This document shows, piece after piece, positions 29,701 to 38,100 of a DNA stretch of 64,000 nucleotides. Both the position numbers and the translations under genes were made by a program. The stretch spans positions 1 to 64,000 of the forward strand of contig JANOAV010000041.1 of assembly GCA_031411295.1 (NCBI GenBank), read 5' to 3'. The notes below the pieces were generated by a model, which saw only the letters and a list, made by a program, of their open reading frames with translations, was not told the DNA's origin and did no database searches. Numbering within the stretch: position 1 is the stretch's first letter; every line of letters starts with the position of its first letter. This stretch comes from Verrucomicrobiales bacterium. GTDB lineage: Bacteria > Verrucomicrobiota > Verrucomicrobiia > Verrucomicrobiales > V1-33.

Positions 29701-30681
29701 GCGGGCAACTACTATGCCATCGTCATTCCCCCGCCCGACTGGGGCATTTCCCCTCAGGACCAAGGCTCGGATGACGTGGACTCGGATGGTGCGGCCATCA
29801 TTTACCAGGGCGGACGGGCCGCCCTCATGCCCCTTACTACCCTGGATGCTCTGGAGGAAGACCGCACTTGGGACCAAGGCATCTACGACCGCAGTGGCCA
29901 GCCCTCCGTCTGGGCCATGGTGACCATGGACAACGGACAGTCACTCCTGGGCGGACGCTTTCTTACCAGCCATGGCCTGCCCCGCCGCAACATCGTCCGC
30001 GTGAATGCTGATGGCGGAGTGGACCGCACCTTCACCCCCGGCTCAGGCTTCAATGGCGAAGTGCGCTCGCTCGCTCTGCGCAGCGATGGCCAGATTGTGG
30101 CCGGCGGCAGCTTCACCAGCTACAACGGAAAGGCCGCCAACGGAGTCGCGCTCATCAGCGCCAATGGGACCAGCAGCATCCCCCTGCCGACACCGGATGC
30201 GGCCAACGTGCGCTGGGTAGGCGTCGCCAATGAAGGCATGTATATCGGCGGAGCCTTCAACAGCGTCGGCGGCAACCCCCGTCGCAACCTCGCCCGACTC
30301 ACCACTGCGGGCACCCTGGACACCGGGTTCGATTCCTCCAACGGAGCCAACGGCATTATCAACACCGGGGCCGTGCAAGCTGATGGCAAGATCATCATTG
30401 CCGGCAACTTCACCAGCTACAACGGCAGCTCCTGCCCCCGCATCGCTCGGATCAATACGAATGGCAGTATTGACAGCAGCTTCAATCCCTCTAGTGGAGC
30501 GAACGGAGAAGTCTTCAGTTTGAAAATGCTCGAAGATGGGCGCATCATCCTCACGGGTAGTTTCACCGCCTTCAACAACCAGCCCTGCAACGGCACCATG
30601 CGCCTCATGCCGGACGGCAGCCAGGACCCCACCATCGCTCCCTCCGCACTCACCGTCGATTCGATTCAGTCCGCCCATTGA
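26785..30681 (+). CDS. Large secreted adhesin-like protein: DUF11/Cna-like Ig domains, SdrD B-like domain, five C-terminal delta-60 repeats
   Basis: Signal peptide; [68 protein letters not shown]; (Q/R)xDGKIxxxGxF repeats; start likely 26785. Confidence 0.85.
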   Translation: [1298 protein letters not shown]

Positions 30682-30805
30682 ACCTTAAAGGGTTTTACAG
30701 CGGCCTCCACGGCTCGCCCTACGCGTCTTGGCAGGCGGAGCGCATTGACTTCAGGCACGTTAAACGAGACTGACTCCCGAGCACATGACTCCTTTCACAC
30801 GTTCC

Positions 30806-32062
30806 ATGAAACCATCCATCCTCCTGCTTACCCTCGCCACGCTGACGCCACTCTGTGCTGAAGTTACTTTCAAGAAACAAACCCTCACCACCGAGTTCGT
30901 GGCCGAAGGCTGTGACATGGCTGATTTCAACCATGATGGCCACATGGACATCACGGCGGGTTGCTCCATCTGGTATGGACCGGACTTTGCCAAACAAGTC
31001 AATTTCACCCCGCCCAGTGTGAACGCGGATGGTCCCACCAAGACACCGTATAATCCGGCCAAGGGCTATTCGGACTATTTCCTGGCTTACGCCTACGACT
31101 TCAATGGCGACACTTGGGCAGACATCCTCGTCTATGGTTTGCCAGGCGAGCCAGCGTTGCTTTACATCAATCCCCAAGGGAAACCGGGCGATTGGGCGAA
31201 GCACAACATTTTCGATGTGGCGGATGGCGAATCGCCCGATTTGAAAGACATGAATGGCGATGGCAAACCGGAGTTGCTAGTGCATTCCAGCAACCCCAAC
31301 AAACCCAAGGAAGCCAACGGCATCGGTGGTGGACAACTTGGCTATGCCGAAATCGACTGGGCCAATCCCCTGGCCAAGGCCCGCTTCCGTCCCATTACCC
31401 CGAAGTCCCCCGAGAACGATCAGAAATACATGCGCTACACCCACGGCTACGGAGCGGGCGATGTGAATGGCGATGGCCGCATGGACATCCTCAACAAGGA
31501 AGGCTGGTGGGAACAACCTGCGGATACGAAGACCGATAAAAATTGGGTGCTGCATCCCGCGGCGTTTACGCAGCCCGGCGTGCGTGGTGGCTCGTTCATG
31601 TATGCCTATGATGTGAATGGCGATGGCAGAAACGATGTCATCACCAGCTACGATGCCCATGGCTTCGGCCTCGGATGGTTCGAGCAGAATGCGGATGGCA
31701 GTTTCAAGGAACACAAAATCATGGGCAGCAAACCCGAGGAAAATGCCCAAGGCGCGAAGTTCAGCCAACTTCACTCCATGCGTCTGGTGGATGTGGATGG
31801 CGATGGCCTGCTCGACCTCGTAACCGGCAAACGCCGCTGGGCCCACGGCCCCATGACGGACGATGAACCCAACGCCGACCCCGTGCTCTATTGGTTCCAA
31901 CTCAAGCGCGACGGCAAAGGGGGCGCGGAATATATCGCGCATAAAATCGACGCTGACAGCGGAGTCGGCACCCAAGTCACCACGGGCGACCTGAACAAAG
32001 ACAAAAAGCCGGACATCATCGTCGCCAACAAAAAAGGCGTGTTTGTGTTTACGCAGGCGTAA
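30806..32062 (+). CDS. Secreted FG-GAP/VCBS repeat protein
   Basis: Repeats DFNHDGHMD, DFNGDTWAD, DMNGDGKPE, DVNGDGRMD, DVNGDGRND, DVDGDGLLD, DLNKDKKPD; signal peptide from 30806. Confidence 0.9.
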   Translation: MKPSILLLTLATLTPLCAEVTFKKQTLTTEFVAEGCDMADFNHDGHMDITAGCSIWYGPDFAKQVNFTPPSVNADGPTKTPYNPAKGYSDYFLAYAYDFNGDTWADILVYGLPGEPALLYINPQGKPGDWAKHNIFDVADGESPDLKDMNGDGKPELLVHSSNPNKPKEANGIGGGQLGYAEIDWANPLAKARFRPITPKSPENDQKYMRYTHGYGAGDVNGDGRMDILNKEGWWEQPADTKTDKNWVLHPAAFTQPGVRGGSFMYAYDVNGDGRNDVITSYDAHGFGLGWFEQNADGSFKEHKIMGSKPEENAQGAKFSQLHSMRLVDVDGDGLLDLVTGKRRWAHGPMTDDEPNADPVLYWFQLKRDGKGGAEYIAHKIDADSGVGTQVTTGDLNKDKKPDIIVANKKGVFVFTQA

Positions 32063-32114
32063 ATTCGCAGCATTAGTAAGGTAGCGCCTCTCTGCTTTTA
32101 ATTACTCATTACCC

Positions 32115-35100
32115 ATGAAATGTTTTGTTTCCCTAACGTTAAGTTTGCTTCTGACGGACCTCGCTCCAGCTCAAACACTTTCAGCCAACGATCCTTACCG
32201 CCTCTGGGCGGAATCGAAATGGGGAACTGCCATCGTCTCTGACTCAGCGAAGAAAGCCACTGTCTGGGGCGAAACTGCTGATCCGGACAAAGACACCGTC
32301 CCCAACTTGGTGGAATACGCTCTGGGGACTGATCCCAAAATTTCTACACCATCACCACGACCCACCGTTCAGATGGACGGAGGCAAACCCTCCGCTTTTC
32401 TCTTCAGCATCGTTCGTCGCACCGATGATCCGGCTCTCATTGTGGTCCCCCAGATTTCGTCCGATCTCTCCTGGTGGTCTCCAGAAATCCCTGCCGATAC
32501 CTTCACCTGGTCTGGAGATCAGCAATTCTTCTACAAAATCCCCCCTGCTTCAGGAGCCATTAGCACGGTGCTTCCGCCGTTCACAGAGGAAACGTTCATC
32601 CACCCCATCGCATCATACGAAGCGAACGCTTGCTTTGCCCGCCTCACGGTAAAGCGCAGCGGTGCCACCGCCAGCACAGCGCTTTTCGACGACCTCCGTC
32701 TGCCCGAAACCGTTACAGGCACTCCCGGTTCCACCGTCGAATCCACTTCTATCGTTCCCACTGGTTTTGCCGGAACCATTACTCTCAGCGTCAATGGCGG
32801 AGCCCACCTCATCGTCGATGGCGTGGACCTGGGATCGTCTGCCGCAGTCTCCGCCAATAGCCGTGTCTTCCTCCGTGCGGCCACTCCACTCCAGGCGGAT
32901 TTTCAATATTCCTATACCCTCAACTTCGGGGGCCTCTATTCCACAATCTGGAATGCGATCAGCCGCGCCCAATGGTCACCAACAGCTGTCGCAGGCACGC
33001 CTTCCGGTTACACTCCCGTCAATGCCAGCGTCAACGAGTCTGGTGCCGCCGAAATTTCCATCCCCATCACGGTCCCTCCCGGCACGGCGGGTATGGAGCC
33101 GAAGCTGGCCATCGGCTATTCCAGTCAAGGAGGTAATGGAATGCTCGGCGTTGGTTTCTCCCTCTCCGGGCTCTCTCAAATCAGCCGCACTGGGGCCACG
33201 CAATTTCACGATGGCTTCAAAGGCGGGGTCAATTTCGACTCCAAAGACCGCTACCTGCTCGATGGCCAGCGGCTCATTCTGGTCGCTGGCACCTGGGGCG
33301 CAGCCAATTCCGAATACCGCACGGAAATGGAGTCCTTTTCTCGGATCCGGCTGCTCCCCAACTCCAGCGGAGCCCTCTTATATTGGGAAGTCCAGACCAA
33401 AGCCGGCCTGACTATCCGCCTTGGTGACAGCAACGATTCACGGAGCTTTGCGCAGCGCTTCTCCGGGGACACCGCTATTCTCTCATGGTCGTCTGCCTCC
33501 ATCACCGACACTAACGGAAATCAAATCCTCTTCGACTACGCCACTCCATCAGGGCTCGAAATCGGTCACAAGCGCATCGAGTCCATCACCTACGCCACAA
33601 ACACCACAACTTCTCCGCCGCTCGCTGCTGCTTCACAGGTTTTCTTCGAGTATGAAAATCGAGATGATGACCCCTCCTCATGGGTTGGCGGGGCGCAAAT
33701 ATCCGTTCGCATGAGGCTAAGCGCCATTGAGTGCCGTCACGCGGGGTCGGCAGCACGGAGATATGAGCTGGCCTACCAATACAGTGCCGATACGCAGGCT
33801 TCCCAGTTAACGGAAATTGTGGAAAAGCTGCGCAGTCCATCGGGTGGACCAATGCAAAGTTTGCCGCCCACTACTTTTGCTTGGCAAACCAACGGAGGCA
33901 CGGTGCAGTTTGGCGATCCCTTAAGAACGACCATCAAAAACTGGGGAGCTACGAACGTGGACGATATCGTTGGCGATTTCTCAGGCGATGGCGTCACGGA
34001 TGTCCTCGTCTTCAATACGACACGTGAGCAATTCGATTTGTATGTAAACAATGGAGTTGGGAGTTTTTCCAGCCCGATTGAAACGCCTGTGCGCGGAAAA
34101 AATACCGCCTATGCTGGCGCTAGAACGAGAAATTTCATTGGGGACTTCGACGCTGATGGCTTCATGGACGTGGCGACAATGGAGCCAGACACATCTTCAT
34201 ACTCTTTCCATTTTGGAGGGATTGGCGGGCTTTCAGATGCAATAATCACCACCATTACCCCGATTGACACACCAAACCATCCAACTATTACGGGAGATTT
34301 TAATGGTGATGGCAGAACAGATTTCCTAGCTTGGGTGAGGGTAGCTTCAATCGATCCTGACCCGGCTTACTATCCTTATTTTTCCAATGGCCGGAGCTTT
34401 ACCCGTAAATCACCAGGATTACCTAGCTGGGACAACGCTACTTTGTTCCCACAGCAAATTGCCGCCGATTTTAATGGAGACGGCATGTCGGATGTCCTTC
34501 TATGGCATGTCCCAGGAGCAACCTCTCGCTACAATTTGCTCGTTTCAAACGGTGATGGCACTTTCCAGCCCGCAGTAAATACTGACATCGATTCCTGGGA
34601 CAACCCGGCAGTCCAGAACATTCCCGGAGACTTCAACGGTGATGGACTCATGGATTTGATGGTGTGGCATAAGCCGTTGGAAAATAATCGATTCAATTTA
34701 TACACAAACACTGGCAGAAATGGGAAATTCATCCTTACTGCAACAAACGTGCGAACCGACGATCAACCAAATGTGCTTCGCCAGGCTTCCAGTGATTTTA
34801 ATGGAGATGGACTGATGGATATGTTCATGTGGGAGGGAAGCATTGATCGCCACTACATCTACAGTTCGAACGGAAAGCAGGGATTTAACGCAGCTAAAGA
34901 CTCCGGCGTCCCCTCAGATACCGACCCTCGACGCCTATCACAATTAGGCGACTTCAATGGCGATGGGCGTTCAGATGTTCTGGTTTGGGACAAGCCTTTT
35001 GATAACAACCGCTACAACCTCTATCTGAGTAATGGTCCTCAGCCGGACCTTGTGGCTTCGGTCAAAAATGGCCATGGGGGCAGCACAACATTTTCCTACA

Positions 35101-38100
35101 AGCCACTGACGGACAAAGCGGTCTTCACCCGGGGCAGTGGTTCACTTTATCCCTGCTACGACCTTCAAGCCTCAATGCATGTAGTTAGTTCTATATCAAC
35201 TTCGAATGGCACTTTCGCACAGTTTTCTCCCGGAGGAGGTGATTCAAATTTCCCGCTGTCCACCACCATTTCCTACACCTACGAAAAAGCATGGATGTGC
35301 CTCGATGGTCGTGGCTTCCGTGGTTTCCAGGCCATCGAGGCTCAAAACGAAGAAACCGGCATTCGCAGCCGCACGGAGTCCATCGGCACCGACCCCGTTC
35401 TTGCAGGGCACCCTACGCGACAGGTCACCATGCTCGCCAATGGCCGGAAGATTCAGGAAACAATCACGCAGTGGACCTACAAGACCTTCAATTTCACCAA
35501 CGCTGGCAAGACTGACAGCAGCTACTTCCCGTATGCCAATCGCACCACGGAGATGGAATACGACATCTCTAGGCCCAGTCAGGAACCGCCCTTCAAGACC
35601 ACCATTCACCGTGGGGTTACTTACGATAACTACGGCAACCTGACCAACTCCACCACCGAGTGGGATGGTGGATTTCTCGAAGTGACAGACTCCGTTTACT
35701 ATCCGCCCGACCTCACCAAATGGTGGCTGGGACGGCTCTCAGTGACCACTGTTACACAAATTCAGCCCAACGGAACAGGCGGCACCACTTCCGCCACCCG
35801 TCGCTCCCGCTTCGACTACTCTCCCACCAACGGCCAAGTCGTTCAGGAGGTCATCGATACCACGGATGCCGCCGAAAAGCTCTGGAAAACCTACGAGCAC
35901 GACGGCTATGGAAATATCAAGAAAAGCGTGCTGGAGGACATCGGCACCGGGGAGAAGCGCACCACCCTCACTCGCTACTCTGCGGATGGCCGATTCGTCA
36001 CCGAAACCGAAAACGACTTCGGCCATATAGAGCATCAAACCCACGATCCTCTCACTGGAAACGTCCTCACCCGCACCGGACCGAACGGTCTCACCAGCAT
36101 CGTGGAGTATGATTTCCTAGGCCGCCCTCTGCGGGAGCACCGCCCGGATGGCACCGAGAGCCTCACCCAATACCTACGCTACACCAGCAGCGCTACTTTG
36201 CCCAAAGCCACTACCCACGGAGTCCTCACGCAGACGGCGGGGGCCAGTTGGAAGGCTGCTTATTTCGACGTGGTGGACCGGGAAATTCATTCCTCCACTC
36301 CCCACTACAATGGCCAGATTCTCCATGCCCGGAAAGTCTTCAACGAGCGGGGCGAAGTCACCAAAGCCCACCTGCCCTACTTCGGCAATACTCCCGGAAT
36401 CTATACCGAATTCCAGTATGACGAAATCAGCCGTCAGAAAAAGGATATCGCCCCCGGCAACCGCCAGACCAGCACCGCCTACAGCGGTCTTACCGCCACG
36501 GTCACGAATCCCGTCAGCCAGCAATTTTCCACCTCCGCCGATGTCCGGGGCCGCACTGCCAGCAGCACCGCTTTCGGAAGTCAGACCGTCACCAATTCCC
36601 ACGATCCCTACGGCAATCTACTGAAGGTGGATGACAATCGAGGGCACCTCACTAGCATGGCCTACAACGTCCGGGGTTTCAAAACCTCCATGACCGAGCC
36701 CAACAGCGGCACCACCAGCTACAAATACAATGCCTTCGGGGAACTCAAGGAGCAGACCGATGCCTTGGGGCGCAAAACCACGCTGAAATACGACAAACTC
36801 GGACGCCTCATCGAACGCACGGAGCCGGAGGGCACCACCGTCTGGACCTACGACACTGCCGCCAACGGCATCGGCAAACTCGCCCGCCTCTACCGCGTGA
36901 CCGATGGCTATGAGGAAACCTATCGCTACGATTCCCTCGGACGCCCGGTCGAGACCGCCTACCATATCGGCAACGCCCATTTCGTCACGGGCACCACCTA
37001 CGACGAATACGGACGCCCGCTTGTCGTCACCTACCCCACAGGCTTCGCCATTCGGAATGATTACACCGCAGATGGCTTCCTCCGCAGCGTCAAGGATGCC
37101 TTCACTGGAGCCGTCTTCTGGACCGCCATTGCCTACAACGACCGGGGCCAGCTCACCGAGGAGGATTTCGGCAATTTCATCAGCTCCCAGCGGGCCTACG
37201 ATCCCGAGACTGGCTTCCTCCAGAGCATCCTCACTGGCAACCGCACGGGCGGCCCCGGAAGCGTCATCAATTCCCACGTCCAAACGCTCTCCTACGAGTT
37301 CAACGACATCGGAAATCTCACCCGGCGGAAGAACGACAACCTCGACGACACCTCAGGCAATCGCGGCATCTGGGAGAATTTCACCTACGACACTGCCAAC
37401 CGCCTGACGAACATCGCTTCCAACGGTCATGCTGCCGAGGTCATCGGTTACAATTCAATGGGCAACATCACGTCCAAAACGGGCGTCGGTGGCTACACCT
37501 ATTCCGGCATCAATGCCGGACCCCACGCCGTCACCAGCATCACGGGCAGCACCACGGGCCAGAACCGCACCCTCACCTACGACGCTGCGGGCAACTGCAT
37601 CCGCAATGGCGACACCACCATCACCTACACCTCGTCGAACCAGCCCGCCACCCTGACCAAGGGCACCACCACTCTGCATTTCTCCTATTCCCCAGGCCGG
37701 GCCCGCTACCGTCAGGTAGAGCGGCTGGGCACCGCCGAGCGGACCAAGCTCTACATCGGCGGCCTCTATGAAAAAGAGACCGACAGTGCCGGAAACACCA
37801 CCCACACCCACTTCATCCCCGGCGGCAGCGGAGTCGTGGCCATCCACACCATCAGCCAGCCCTCCACCGGAGCCGCCACCACCAAGACGCGCTACGTCCA
37901 CAAAGACCACCTCGGCAGCATCCACGCCCTCACCCGAGAGGACGGCTCCATTGATGAACTCCTCTACTTCGACGCCTGGGGCCGCCGCCAAACATGGAAC
38001 GCCACCACCCACGCCTTCACCACCGCCACCGTCACCTCCCAGACCGACCGCGGCTTCACCGGTCACGAAATGCTCGACGCCCTCGGCCTCGTCCACATGA

